A stretch of 64,000 nt of DNA from Calditrichota bacterium (lineage in GTDB: Bacteria > Caldisericota > Caldisericia > UBA6126): positions 37,308 through 101,307 of the forward strand of contig DAIMET010000001.1 of NCBI GenBank assembly GCA_036725105.1, read 5' to 3'. The notes beneath the pieces are model-generated. The model did not search any database, was not told where the DNA came from, and was given only the letters and a program-made list of their open reading frames with translations. A program made the position numbers and the translations under genes. Below, piece after piece: positions 20,095 to 29,692 of this stretch; the first letter of the stretch is position 1; each line of letters begins with the position of its first letter.

Positions 20095-20979
20095 ATGAAT
20101 CATGTATGTTACCTTTTCCCTGGTCAGGGTTCTCAGTATATGGGAATGTTGGAAAAAGTACCCAAAATTGCTTCGACAAAGAAATTTTTAGAAACCTTCC
20201 AAAAAGAAATTGGGAAATCGCTTGATTCTTTTACAGAAGAAGAAATTCAACGTACCCAATACACCCAACCAATTCTTTATACTCTCAGCGCATGTTATCT
20301 TCACTGGATAAGAGAAAACAATTCTCCTCCTTCTTTTTTAGCAGGACACAGTTTGGGTGAAATATCAGCTCTATATGCTGGTGGTGTAGTTTCTTTTGAA
20401 GAGGGATTATCCATTACCATCTATCGAGGAAGAATCATGTACGAGGTTACTACCGATACTCCTGGTGGAATGTGTGCGGTTATAGGGCTTTCCATTGGAC
20501 AAGTACACATGCTATGCAAACAATTGCAGAAATTTGGTGTAGCAGAAGCAGTGAATATAAATGCAAAGAATCAAATTGTCATTTCTGGATCTTCTGAAGC
20601 AATGGAACAAGCACCTTCTCTTGCAAAAGAAATGGGAGCACGCATGTGTATTCCCTTAAAAGTTTCTGCTCCATTCCATTCTTCTCTCATGAAGCCTATT
20701 GAAGAAAAATTCTCAACTTTTCTACAAGAATTTACTTTTCATGATGCTTCGATCCCAATTGTGCAAAATGTGGATGCTCAACCCCATCAGGCTGCTTCAA
20801 TGCTGAAGTACAATTTAATCCAGCAACTATCTCATCCAGTTTTATGGATTCACTCCATTGATATGATGGCATCCAAAGGGGTTAGAGAAGCACTGGAAAT
20901 TGGACCGAAAAACGTATTGTCCGGTTTATGTCGAGGTACTCAAATTCAGTGTACCCCAGTTGAGTCCATGATAGAATAA
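20095..20979 (+). CDS. fabD: malonyl CoA-ACP transacylase
   Basis: FPGQGSQYMGM, GHSLGE active-site Ser, and a QxxxxT..H downstream. Not flanked by other fab genes in this window. Confidence 0.9.
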   Translation: MNHVCYLFPGQGSQYMGMLEKVPKIASTKKFLETFQKEIGKSLDSFTEEEIQRTQYTQPILYTLSACYLHWIRENNSPPSFLAGHSLGEISALYAGGVVSFEEGLSITIYRGRIMYEVTTDTPGGMCAVIGLSIGQVHMLCKQLQKFGVAEAVNINAKNQIVISGSSEAMEQAPSLAKEMGARMCIPLKVSAPFHSSLMKPIEEKFSTFLQEFTFHDASIPIVQNVDAQPHQAASMLKYNLIQQLSHPVLWIHSIDMMASKGVREALEIGPKNVLSGLCRGTQIQCTPVESMIE

Positions 20980-20997
20980 AGAACAATGGTTTGGGTC

Positions 20998-21339
20998 TTA
21001 CGGTATCCCTCGTAGGACCCAGATCCCAAACAATCCAATCAAAGCCACATTGATAACGGCACTAATTCGCCCTTTAAGCAAAAAACGAACCCCATAAAGT
21101 ATGAAAAGAACTGCAATAAAAACGAAGATTTTTATCTGACCTAAGCTTGCCCCAAGGTATACTTCAAAAGAGCTAAGATAGTGAATTAAGAGCATTGTTC
21201 CACAGAAAATTAAGAAAACTCCCCAAAATACTCCCTCTGGAAAAGTATTGGTGAAAATCCGTATGATTTCTGTGATAAAAAAAGTTAAAATCCACAGTAT
21301 AAATATCCAGTTCCATATTGATACGCCTAGTATTGCCAT
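20998..21339 (-). CDS. small integral membrane protein
   Basis: 113 aa, four predicted TM helices. Confidence 0.4.
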   Translation of the reverse strand: MAILGVSIWNWIFILWILTFFITEIIRIFTNTFPEGVFWGVFLIFCGTMLLIHYLSSFEVYLGASLGQIKIFVFIAVLFILYGVRFLLKGRISAVINVALIGLFGIWVLRGIP

Positions 21340-21353
21340 TTTTTTTCTCCTAT

Positions 21354-21662
21354 TTAAGAAGGATCGTCTGAAGAAATTTCTCGGGCTTTGCCTTTAATCT
21401 CATCATCTCTTGAGAATGATTTTGCATCGGAGTCTTCGTTTCTTGTAAAAAACTCCTTATCAATGGGTATAGAAAGAATAGCGATTGTATATAGAAGAGA
21501 AAAAACGAAAAATCCAAAAAAACCGACAAAATAATAAGCAAGTAAAACACATGCAACAATAAGAATTCGAATAAAAATAGAGGGAATCTTTAAAAATTCT
21601 GCAATTCCTCCCAAAACTCCTGCAAAAACTCTATCGGTTCTTGATCGGTATAAAACTCTCAT
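21354..21662 (-). CDS. PspC-domain membrane protein
   Basis: LYRSRTDRVFAGVLGGIAEFLKIP is the PspC domain signature, followed by TM helices. Confidence 0.7.
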   Translation of the reverse strand: MRVLYRSRTDRVFAGVLGGIAEFLKIPSIFIRILIVACVLLAYYFVGFFGFFVFSLLYTIAILSIPIDKEFFTRNEDSDAKSFSRDDEIKGKAREISSDDPS

Positions 21663-21668
21663 GCAGCC

Positions 21669-21899
21669 CTATCTGTAATAACGTTCATCATCATAAAATC
21701 GTCCAAATGGTTGTATGGGAATGATCAACCATGCAACAAAATAGGCAATGATCAAAACACCGTTGGAAAGCAGCGTGATGATAACAAACAAAAGTCGCAC
21801 CAGAGAGATATCAAGTGACCATCCGAAGTAGTCTACAATCCCTGCAATAACTCCTCCGAAAATGGCATTTTTCCTGCTACGATATAGTTTCTTCTTCAT
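21669..21899 (-). CDS. PspC-domain membrane protein (paralog)
   Basis: [27 protein letters not shown] is a PspC domain. Start taken at the internal Met 21899 because the long ORF overlaps the clpB 3' end. Confidence 0.65.
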   Translation of the reverse strand: MKKKLYRSRKNAIFGGVIAGIVDYFGWSLDISLVRLLFVIITLLSNGVLIIAYFVAWLIIPIQPFGRFYDDERYYR

Positions 21900-24507
21900 G
21901 AATGGATTCCTTTCTAGTAGGATTTTGTACCTTAGTAAAGGTAAACATATTTTTGTTGTAATCAACAAGTATGGTGTCAAATGGAGCAATCTCACGCGTA
22001 AGGATCTTGTTGGATAAGGGATTTGTGATTTCATTTTGGATCACTCTCTTAAGTGGTCTAGCTCCATATACAGGATCGTAGCCAAGATCTGCTATTTCTT
22101 GGACTGCAGCATCAGAAAACTGTATTTGGATATGCTGGTGTGCAACTCTTTTTTGAATGATTTCCAGTTGAATTTTCACAATCTCTTTGATCTGTTCTCT
22201 TTCTAAACGGTGGAAAAGAATGATTTCGTCAATCCTGTTCAAAAACTCAGGTCGAAATTGATCGCGTAGAAGTTTCATCGTGTTGTCCCGCATTTGATCT
22301 TGAGATAAGTGCTCATCTTGTAAAAACTGACTTCCGACGTTGGATGTCATAATGATGACAGTATTGCGAAAATCCACCGTCCGACCTTGGCCATCGGTCA
22401 GTCTTCCATCATCAAGAATCTGTAGCAATGTATTAAAAACATCTGGATGAGCTTTTTCAATTTCATCCAGAAGAACTACACTATAAGGACGTCTTCTCAC
22501 TAGTTCAGTCAGTTGACCACCCTCTTCATATCCTACATAGCCTGGAGGAGCCCCGATCAATCGGGATACAGAATACTTCTCCATATACTCACTCATGTCA
22601 ATTCGTACCATGGCTTGATCATCATCAAAAAGAAACATTGCCAGTGATTTTGCAAGTTCAGTCTTTCCAACTCCAGTGGGACCCAGGAACATAAAAGAAC
22701 CAATGGGTTTATTTGGATCGGATAACCCACTTCTAGATCTGCGAACAGCATTCGCTACTGCACTGATTGCTTCATCTTGTCCGACAACTCTATCGTGCAA
22801 ACGCGTTTCCATTTTGATCAGTTTCTCAGTTTCAGTTTCTACAAGCTTCGATACGGGAATTCCTGTCCAATGGGATACTACTCCAGCAATGTCATCATCT
22901 ACTACTTGCTCAACCACCATTCTTTGATGGTCAGGAATCTGGTCTAACTTTTGACTGTATTGCTTTAATTCTTCTTCTTTTTGAATAATTTTCCCGTATT
23001 TCAGTTCCGCTGCTTTATCCCAATCTCCTCTCATTTCTGCCTGTTTTTCTTCATTTTTCATGCGATCAATCTCGCTCTTGCATTCACGAATATGATTCAA
23101 AATTTCTTTTTCAGACTCCCAGCGTACTCTGAGTGCATCGGCTTTCTCTTTTAGTTCCCGATGATCTTTTTCAAGTGCTTCAATGCGTCTTTTTGATTCA
23201 GGATCTTTATCTTTGGACAATGCCTTTTTTTCAATTTCATATTGTCTGATTTTTCGGTCAATTTCATCCAGCTCAATTGGAGAGCTATCAATTTCCATTC
23301 GTAGCCGAGATGCAGCTTCATCCACAAGATCAATGGCTTTATCCGGCAAAAAACGATCGGATATATATCGGTCCGATAATTCTGCTGCAGCAATAATAGC
23401 AGAATCTCTTATTTTCACTCCATGATGAACCTCATATCGTTCTTTTAAACCTCGCAAGATAGCAATGGTATCTTTGACACTTGGTTCTCCTACATAAACT
23501 GGTTGAAAACGTCTTTCAAGGGCAGAGTCTTTTTCGATCTTTTTTCGATATTCATTCAGTGTGGTTGCCCCGATAGCACGAAGCTCTCCTCTTGCCAGCG
23601 ATGGTTTCAACAAATTTGCTGCATCCATAGAGCCTTCTGCATTTCCTGCTCCAACCAAAGTGTGGATTTCATCAATAAAAAGAATAACTTGCCCATTGGA
23701 GGAAACAACTTCTTTTAGAACAGCTTTTAGACGCTCCTCAAACTCTCCTCGGTACTTTGCTCCTGCAACCAATAATCCCAGATCGAGAGAAACTACTTTT
23801 TTGTTTTTTAGCCCTTCAGGAACGTCACCATCGGCAATTCTACTTGCCAATCCCTCTACAATAGCAGTTTTACCAACGCCAGGTTCTCCAATCAGAACAG
23901 GGTTATTCTTCGTTCTTCGAGATAGTACCTGAATGGTACGACGAATTTCTTCATCTCTGCCAATCACAGGATCTAATTTTCCGTTTTTTGCCAATTCAGT
24001 CAGGTCTTTTCCATATTTTTGCAAAGACTGGTATTTATTCTCCGGAGTTTGATCTGTGACTCGGTGCGAGCCGCGCAGATCTTTCAATACAGATATAACA
24101 TGAGACTTTTCAATCCCTTGAGATCGAAAATACTCACACAACGGAAGTGATGGAATATCTAAAATCGCTAAAAGAACATGTTCTGTTGAACTGTATTCAT
24201 CGTGCAGTGATTGACTCTCGATTTGAGCTTGTTCCAAGACCATTCTCGTAGTGTCTGACATGTATACCTGAGATGTGCTTGAGATGGTTGGAAAGGTCTG
24301 TATTGTTTTTTCCAAAGATGCAGAGAGTGAAGCCAGAGCTAATCCCAGTTTTGAGAGAATTGCAGGAACTAAAGAATCGCTTTGTTGGATCATTGCAAGC
24401 AATAGATGCTCTGGCTCAATTTGCGAATTTGAGTGGGAAACCGCTTTATTTTGTGCTTCAACAAGAGCTTGTTGAAGTTTAATAGTCATTTTATCCATAG
24501 AAAACAT
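21877..24507 (-). CDS. clpB: chaperone ClpB
   Basis: Clp_N, D1 (GEPGVGKT), long M-domain coiled coil, D2 (GPTGVGKT). No ClpP-binding GF loop. AAGGAGGA RBS 8 nt before the ATG. Confidence 0.95.
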   Translation of the reverse strand: MFSMDKMTIKLQQALVEAQNKAVSHSNSQIEPEHLLLAMIQQSDSLVPAILSKLGLALASLSASLEKTIQTFPTISSTSQVYMSDTTRMVLEQAQIESQSLHDEYSSTEHVLLAILDIPSLPLCEYFRSQGIEKSHVISVLKDLRGSHRVTDQTPENKYQSLQKYGKDLTELAKNGKLDPVIGRDEEIRRTIQVLSRRTKNNPVLIGEPGVGKTAIVEGLASRIADGDVPEGLKNKKVVSLDLGLLVAGAKYRGEFEERLKAVLKEVVSSNGQVILFIDEIHTLVGAGNAEGSMDAANLLKPSLARGELRAIGATTLNEYRKKIEKDSALERRFQPVYVGEPSVKDTIAILRGLKERYEVHHGVKIRDSAIIAAAELSDRYISDRFLPDKAIDLVDEAASRLRMEIDSSPIELDEIDRKIRQYEIEKKALSKDKDPESKRRIEALEKDHRELKEKADALRVRWESEKEILNHIRECKSEIDRMKNEEKQAEMRGDWDKAAELKYGKIIQKEEELKQYSQKLDQIPDHQRMVVEQVVDDDIAGVVSHWTGIPVSKLVETETEKLIKMETRLHDRVVGQDEAISAVANAVRRSRSGLSDPNKPIGSFMFLGPTGVGKTELAKSLAMFLFDDDQAMVRIDMSEYMEKYSVSRLIGAPPGYVGYEEGGQLTELVRRRPYSVVLLDEIEKAHPDVFNTLLQILDDGRLTDGQGRTVDFRNTVIIMTSNVGSQFLQDEHLSQDQMRDNTMKLLRDQFRPEFLNRIDEIILFHRLEREQIKEIVKIQLEIIQKRVAHQHIQIQFSDAAVQEIADLGYDPVYGARPLKRVIQNEITNPLSNKILTREIAPFDTILVDYNKNMFTFTKVQNPTRKESIHEEETIS

Positions 24508-24535
24508 TTATAATATCCTCCTTGTACTTTTCCGT

Positions 24536-24591
24536 CTTGCTAGAAGAGAGAAACTCTCAACTAAGCAACACAAGAAAACTAAGCTATTATA
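24536..24591 (-). promoter_or_regulatory. clpB promoter -10 (TATAAT) followed by direct repeats GCTTAGTT x2 and imperfect palindrome in leader
   Basis: Minus strand TATAAT-aGCTTAGTT-ttcttgtgtt-GCTTAGTT-GAGAGtttCTCTCttctagcaag. Palindrome arms TTGCTAG..GAGAG / CTCTC..CTAAGCAA. Confidence 0.4.
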
Positions 24592-24612
24592 AATATTCCC
24601 AAAATGGTACTA

Positions 24613-25272
24613 TTATTTGCTGGATTTAATAAACTTTTCCCAATCTTCGTCGAATTTCTGGATTCCTTTTTCAGTTAAAGGATGGTGCATCATTTTTACG
24701 ATGACATTAAAAGGAATTGTTGCGATATGTGCACCAGCCATGGCGGCCTGTGTTACATGCAATGGATGACGGATACTAGCAGCAATGATTTCGGTGTCAA
24801 ATTCGTAGTAATCCAAGCACTCTACAAGGTCTTCTACCAGTTGCATACCATCATGTCCTGTATCATCAATTCTGCCAACAAAAGGAGAAACATATGCAGC
24901 ACCAACTTTTGCAGCCAGCAGAGCTTGGTTTACCGAAAAAATCAATGTACAGTTGCAAGGAATCCCTTCTTCTGAAAGAATCTTCATAGCCTTTAAGCCC
25001 TCTGCACACATAGGGATTTTGATCACAATAAAATCAGGATTAAGAGAAAACCATTTTCTAGCTTCTTTTGTCATCTCTTCAGCTGTTTTTCCAACAACTT
25101 CAACACTGACAGGACCTTGCACTAGATCAACAATAGATCGTACAATATCTTGGGAGTTTTTTCCTGATTCTCTGCTCATCAATGTTGGATTTGTGGTAAC
25201 GCCATCCACAATACCCCATTCACAAGCTTTACGAATTTCTTCAATATTAGCGGTGTCAACAAAGATTTTCAT
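24613..25272 (-). CDS. tal: transaldolase / fructose-6-phosphate aldolase family
   Basis: MKIFVDTANIEEI...GVTTNPTL. GGAGGA RBS supports the second ATG (25272). Confidence 0.9.
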   Translation of the reverse strand: MKIFVDTANIEEIRKACEWGIVDGVTTNPTLMSRESGKNSQDIVRSIVDLVQGPVSVEVVGKTAEEMTKEARKWFSLNPDFIVIKIPMCAEGLKAMKILSEEGIPCNCTLIFSVNQALLAAKVGAAYVSPFVGRIDDTGHDGMQLVEDLVECLDYYEFDTEIIAASIRHPLHVTQAAMAGAHIATIPFNVIVKMMHHPLTEKGIQKFDEDWEKFIKSSK

Positions 25273-25933
25273 TCTTTCCTCCAAAAATTAATAAAATTGC
25301 TAGAATGCCTCGTTTATGTATGATAATCATTTTTTCTCCAATTGGAACATTACTCAAGCCTCTACTAGAATTTTGTAACAATGATTCTTCAACTAGAGGA
25401 TATTTTAAATTGTGCGTAGTGATCCCTTCTACAACATCCGTCAAGGGATACAAAGAAACATTTGTAATCGAGTGGCTGGAAATTTCAATAGGTTTTGTTC
25501 CATTAGAGATAATAATTTTTTCAAACGTATCGATGAATTCCACATAAAAGCCCTTCATGGACAACTGTTTTGATACTGAAAGGTTCATTAAAAAATGATC
25601 TGTCCGCCCTCCTGACATATGAAACAAAAATATAGGAATGGGAAAAGAAAAATGAGAAATGATGAACTGTGATGCTAATTCATAGTCAGATTCATCTTTT
25701 TCTGTTGGATACAGAATTTTTGGGATGTTTGTTTGATGTAACCAATTTTGTAAATCAGAGGAAAGCGAATCGCAATCACCGATAAACAATTGAGGCGTAA
25801 TTTGATGAGATAATAAACAATGCAATCCCCCGTCCAAGGCAATAACAAAATCAGTTTCTGGGTGAATCAAAGGAAACTCTGACTCTATTCTAGACGGAGC
25901 AGCACCAAAACAAAGAATTCGCTCTATTTTCAT
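25256..25933 (-). CDS. thiamine pyrophosphokinase
   Basis: IALDGG and IGDCDS (GDxDS) motifs of TPK/ThiN. Sits after rpe, as Bacillus thiN does. Confidence 0.65.
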   Translation of the reverse strand: MKIERILCFGAAPSRIESEFPLIHPETDFVIALDGGLHCLLSHQITPQLFIGDCDSLSSDLQNWLHQTNIPKILYPTEKDESDYELASQFIISHFSFPIPIFLFHMSGGRTDHFLMNLSVSKQLSMKGFYVEFIDTFEKIIISNGTKPIEISSHSITNVSLYPLTDVVEGITTHNLKYPLVEESLLQNSSRGLSNVPIGEKMIIIHKRGILAILLIFGGKNENLC

Positions 25934-26586
25934 GAAGATTCGACAATTTGTCGCAATACGTCGGATGGATTGGCATGGTGCACCAGATAACTACCAATGA
26001 CAATCATATCCACATTCATTTTTTTCAATTGGATGGCTTCTTTCTCTTGAATTCCCCCATCTACTTGGATAAAAAAAGAAGCGGATTGACGAACCCGTAA
26101 ATTTTGTAGTGTTTCAATACGGTTGAATGTGTCTTGCAAGAAAGATTGCCCCCCAAAACCTGGTTTTACACTCATCACCAAAACAAAATCCAATGCTGAA
26201 AGATAGGGTTCTAGGGTAGAAATTGAAGTTTCTGGAGATATTGCTAAACCAGCCTTGATACTTTGTTTTTGGCAAAATCTAATCCACTGGTCAGCATTTG
26301 GTTCTGATTCTACATGAATTGAAAACCATGTAGGAGACATGGAAGCAAAAACAGGAGAGACATTCATTAAAGCTGTATGTGTAGTCATGAAATGAACATC
26401 AAAAGGAATAGAAGGGTACTCTTTTTGAATCATTTTAAGCCACATAGGATTGAAGGCAAAGTTGGGGACAAAGTTACCGTCCATAACATCAATATGCCAA
26501 TAATCTATGCCTCCGCTGTGCAGAGAGTCCATGACTTTATGAGCAGAAAAAAGAGGTAAGGATAGAAGCGAAGCACCAATGAGCAT
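25930..26586 (-). CDS. rpe: ribulose-phosphate 3-epimerase
   Basis: HIDVMDGNFVPN, and the DGG...G motifs of Rpe. Confidence 0.9.
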   Translation of the reverse strand: MLIGASLLSLPLFSAHKVMDSLHSGGIDYWHIDVMDGNFVPNFAFNPMWLKMIQKEYPSIPFDVHFMTTHTALMNVSPVFASMSPTWFSIHVESEPNADQWIRFCQKQSIKAGLAISPETSISTLEPYLSALDFVLVMSVKPGFGGQSFLQDTFNRIETLQNLRVRQSASFFIQVDGGIQEKEAIQLKKMNVDMIVIGSYLVHHANPSDVLRQIVESS

Positions 26587-26594
26587 ATTAGATC

Positions 26595-27380
26595 CTAGGG
26601 TTTTTTAATGGTAGTTTCTTCGTTTACAACAACATTGATCGACGATTGATTTTCTGCGGGTGAACCTGGGATTGGCTCTTGTATATAGACAACACCACGA
26701 GAAAAACTGTTATTTGGTCGAAACGTAATTGTTCCTATCGTGTAGCCACTGTGAGTAATAATATATTTGGCATCTTCTAGATGGGTTCCTAATAAATTAG
26801 GGACAACAGGTAAATCTGGCAAATATACCGTAAGTTCGATTCCCTGCCCGGGTTCCATCTTAGTTCCAGGAGGTGGTTGCTGGGATAAAACTTGCCCTAA
26901 AACAGCACTAGAAGACGGAAGCAGAAATGTTTCCATTTCTGCTTCTACTTCTTCCATCATTTCTTCATTGTCTGAAGATATCTCTTCATGAATCGTGTTA
27001 ACTTCGTGAATAGCTGCAACATAAAGATTCTCTTTGCGAATAATCTCTACAGCTTCTCCATAAGTCTTACCAACAAAATCGGGGCAAATAACTATAGGGT
27101 TTCCTTTGCTAATCTTGACAGAAACAGATCGCCCAAATTTTACAGCGGTGAGTGGATATGGGACCTGAGCCAATACAACATCTCGCGGTACAGAAGAAGA
27201 ATAGGTTTCATCTTTGACTCGCAAGACCAATCCAGATTCTTCAACAATGGATGTTGCTTCTTCAATAGTAAGCCCTCTCAAATCAGGAACACTAATAAGC
27301 TCATTGCTCCTACAACTGAAGAGCCCGGTAAGGAGAAAACTCGCTAAAAAAAAGTGAAAAACCTTTTTCCAGCTAACCAT
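26595..27380 (-). CDS. PASTA-domain lipoprotein
   Basis: Lipobox LFSC. Two PASTA-like repeats (PDLRGLTIEEATSIVEESGLVLRV and PDFVGKTYGEAVEII...) plus a third C-terminal one. Confidence 0.6.
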   Translation of the reverse strand: MVSWKKVFHFFLASFLLTGLFSCRSNELISVPDLRGLTIEEATSIVEESGLVLRVKDETYSSSVPRDVVLAQVPYPLTAVKFGRSVSVKISKGNPIVICPDFVGKTYGEAVEIIRKENLYVAAIHEVNTIHEEISSDNEEMMEEVEAEMETFLLPSSSAVLGQVLSQQPPPGTKMEPGQGIELTVYLPDLPVVPNLLGTHLEDAKYIITHSGYTIGTITFRPNNSFSRGVVYIQEPIPGSPAENQSSINVVVNEETTIKKP

Positions 27381-28605
27381 TCAACTTTCGGTATTCTTCC
27401 AACACTGACAAAACTCTGTCAATATCAGATGAAGTATGCTCACCTGAGATTTGGAAACGGATTTCTTCGTCACCTTTTGGAACCACGGGATAATTTAAAC
27501 CTGTCGCTAAAATTCCATTTTTCTCCAAAAAGGCAACCAGTTCAGAGGTTTTTTTCGTATCACGTACCATTAACGGGACTACTGGATGTTCACCAGGAAG
27601 AGTTTCGTAACCAATATTGACGATACCTTGTTTGAATTTCTTGGTCATTTCGCGAAGATGAGCTAAAATTTTCTTTCCTTCGTCACTCTTCAAGATATTC
27701 AAAGCTTTTAGTGCAGCTGCAGCTTCTCCTGGGGAAATTGGATTGGAATAAATATAGGTGGGAGCTTTTTGATGCATATACTCTACGATAGTTTTACTTG
27801 TTACGGTATACCCACCGTTTACGCCAAATGCCTTACCAAGGGTACCGACCAATACATCAACACCTTTAGCATTGGTGTATTCAATAGTTCCTTTACCATT
27901 TTCACCAAAAGCACCAACTCCGTGTGAATCATCCACCATGAGTATGACACCATCTTTGAAAAAGGAATCATATTGTGCGCAAATATTCGAGATTTCATCT
28001 AAAGGAGCATGATCGCCTCTCATTGAGAAAATTCCGTCAGTTACTACAATCACGCGATCGCACTGATTTTTGGATTTTTCTAAACAATTTTTCAGATCTT
28101 CCATGGCCAAATGCTTATAAATGTGCTTTCCTTTAGGTTTGGACATTTTCATTGCATTGATAATACAATTGTGGTTCAATTCATCACTGATAATGATGGT
28201 TTCAGGAGAAACGAGTGAGGTCATTACTCCCAGGGTTGTCATGTAAGCAGAACTGAAAAGCATCCCTGCTTCCATACCATGGAATTCAGCTAGACCTTTT
28301 TCTAGTTCTAGGTGAATGTCGTATGAGCCGGAAATAAATCGTACTGCTCCAGGACCAAGTCCATATTTAGCAGTAGCCTCTTCTTCTACTTTTTTCATGT
28401 CTTCTCTCTGAGAGAGGCCAAGATAGGAATTAGAGTTCATTTTAATAAACTCTTGATCAAACCCTTTCACTTTGAACCTTGGTCCGCGATCGGTTGTAGC
28501 TTTCAGGACGTCATAAATAACCATTTCCGGTTTTTTCGAAGTCCCGACTTTTTTTAATTCTTCAATTTCATTGCCGAGTGTTTGATTGATTTTATTGATT
28601 GGCAT
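27373..28605 (-). CDS. kbl: 2-amino-3-ketobutyrate CoA ligase (glycine C-acetyltransferase)
   Basis: Fold-type I PLP enzyme of the AONS/KBL family (SHGVGAFG..GKG, TLGKAFG lysine). Coupled to the threonine dehydrogenase upstream. Confidence 0.8.
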   Translation of the reverse strand: MPINKINQTLGNEIEELKKVGTSKKPEMVIYDVLKATTDRGPRFKVKGFDQEFIKMNSNSYLGLSQREDMKKVEEEATAKYGLGPGAVRFISGSYDIHLELEKGLAEFHGMEAGMLFSSAYMTTLGVMTSLVSPETIIISDELNHNCIINAMKMSKPKGKHIYKHLAMEDLKNCLEKSKNQCDRVIVVTDGIFSMRGDHAPLDEISNICAQYDSFFKDGVILMVDDSHGVGAFGENGKGTIEYTNAKGVDVLVGTLGKAFGVNGGYTVTSKTIVEYMHQKAPTYIYSNPISPGEAAAALKALNILKSDEGKKILAHLREMTKKFKQGIVNIGYETLPGEHPVVPLMVRDTKKTSELVAFLEKNGILATGLNYPVVPKGDEEIRFQISGEHTSSDIDRVLSVLEEYRKLNG

Positions 28606-28616
28606 ATATATTCCTC

Positions 28617-29564
28617 CTATGCTAATTTTTTGCGAAGATTTTCAAGCATATCTTGTGTCATCATATCCATGGTAAATTCGGGTTTCCAATCCCATTCTTT
28701 TTGCGCAGCTTCGTCATCAAGACTATTTGGCCATGAATCTGCAATTCTTTGTCGAATTGGATCAATATCATACTTCATCACAAAATCGGGAATATGCTTT
28801 TTAATATTTTCAGCCAACTGAGCGGGAGTCATAGACATAGCAGTTACATTGAATGCATTACGATGGACCAAACGGGAAGGATCAGCTTCCATCAGTTTTA
28901 TAGAGGCATTCACTGCGTCGGGCATATACATCATATCCAAAGAAGTATCTTCTTTTAAAAAGCAGGTGTATTCTTTCTTTTGTATGGCTTGGTAATAGAT
29001 ATCTACGGCGTAATCGGTTGTCCCCCCGCCAGGTAAGGTCTTCCAGGAAATGATACCAGGATAACGAAGACCTCGTGTATCCAGCCCATACTTCAAATAG
29101 TAATAGTCACACAATAATTCTCCAGCAACCTTAGTAACACCATACATTGAAGTAGGTCTTTGGATTGTGTCTTGTGGGGTGTTATCTTTGGGAGAAGTGG
29201 GACCAAAAGCAGCTATCGAACTAGGTACAAACACCGAACAGTTCATTTCACGAGATACCTCAAGAACATGGTATAGACCGTTCATATTTACATCCCATGC
29301 TAATTGAGGATTGCTTTCGCCTTTTGCAGACAAAATAGAAGCCATATGGTAGATTTGAGAGATATTGTATTTTTTTACTACCTCTTTTAACCGATTGGCA
29401 TCCGTGGTGTCTATACTTTCATGAGGTCCTTCAGCAAGGATTTCATTCTCGTGCTTACGAATATATGAGACGACAACAGAGTCTGTTCCATATATGTTGC
29501 GCAGCTCCAAAGAAAGCTCTGTCCCAATCTGACCTAGGGCTCCAGTAACTAGTATTCTCTTCAT
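28617..29564 (-). CDS. tdh: NAD-dependent L-threonine 3-dehydrogenase (SDR/epimerase-type)
   Basis: MKRILVTGALGQIGTEL Rossmann motif. The YxxxK, about 315 aa, and location upstream of kbl match extended-SDR-type Tdh. Confidence 0.75.
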   Translation of the reverse strand: MKRILVTGALGQIGTELSLELRNIYGTDSVVVSYIRKHENEILAEGPHESIDTTDANRLKEVVKKYNISQIYHMASILSAKGESNPQLAWDVNMNGLYHVLEVSREMNCSVFVPSSIAAFGPTSPKDNTPQDTIQRPTSMYGVTKVAGELLCDYYYLKYGLDTRGLRYPGIISWKTLPGGGTTDYAVDIYYQAIQKKEYTCFLKEDTSLDMMYMPDAVNASIKLMEADPSRLVHRNAFNVTAMSMTPAQLAENIKKHIPDFVMKYDIDPIRQRIADSWPNSLDDEAAQKEWDWKPEFTMDMMTQDMLENLRKKLA

Positions 29565-29692
29565 TAAAACCTCCGAACATAACTAATTTTTCAACCAATG
29601 TTGAGCGTGAAAAATCACACAAACAATATAGTATGAAATTGAAAAAAAATACATATTTACAAAATACATTTGCTATGGTTTCCTACCAAGTG

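Noticed and set aside
21350-21559. 69-aa ORF overlapping PspC-domain gene
   Set aside because: Alternate frame of 21354..21662, which carries a clear PspC motif.
21669-22034. Long form of PspC paralog overlapping clpB by 158 nt
   Set aside because: The extension has no features. The internal Met at 21899 starts the PspC domain right after the clpB stop.
24508-24612. CIRCE or CtsR operator upstream of clpB
   Set aside because: Neither consensus is present. Only a non-canonical palindrome and direct repeat, reported as a finding instead.
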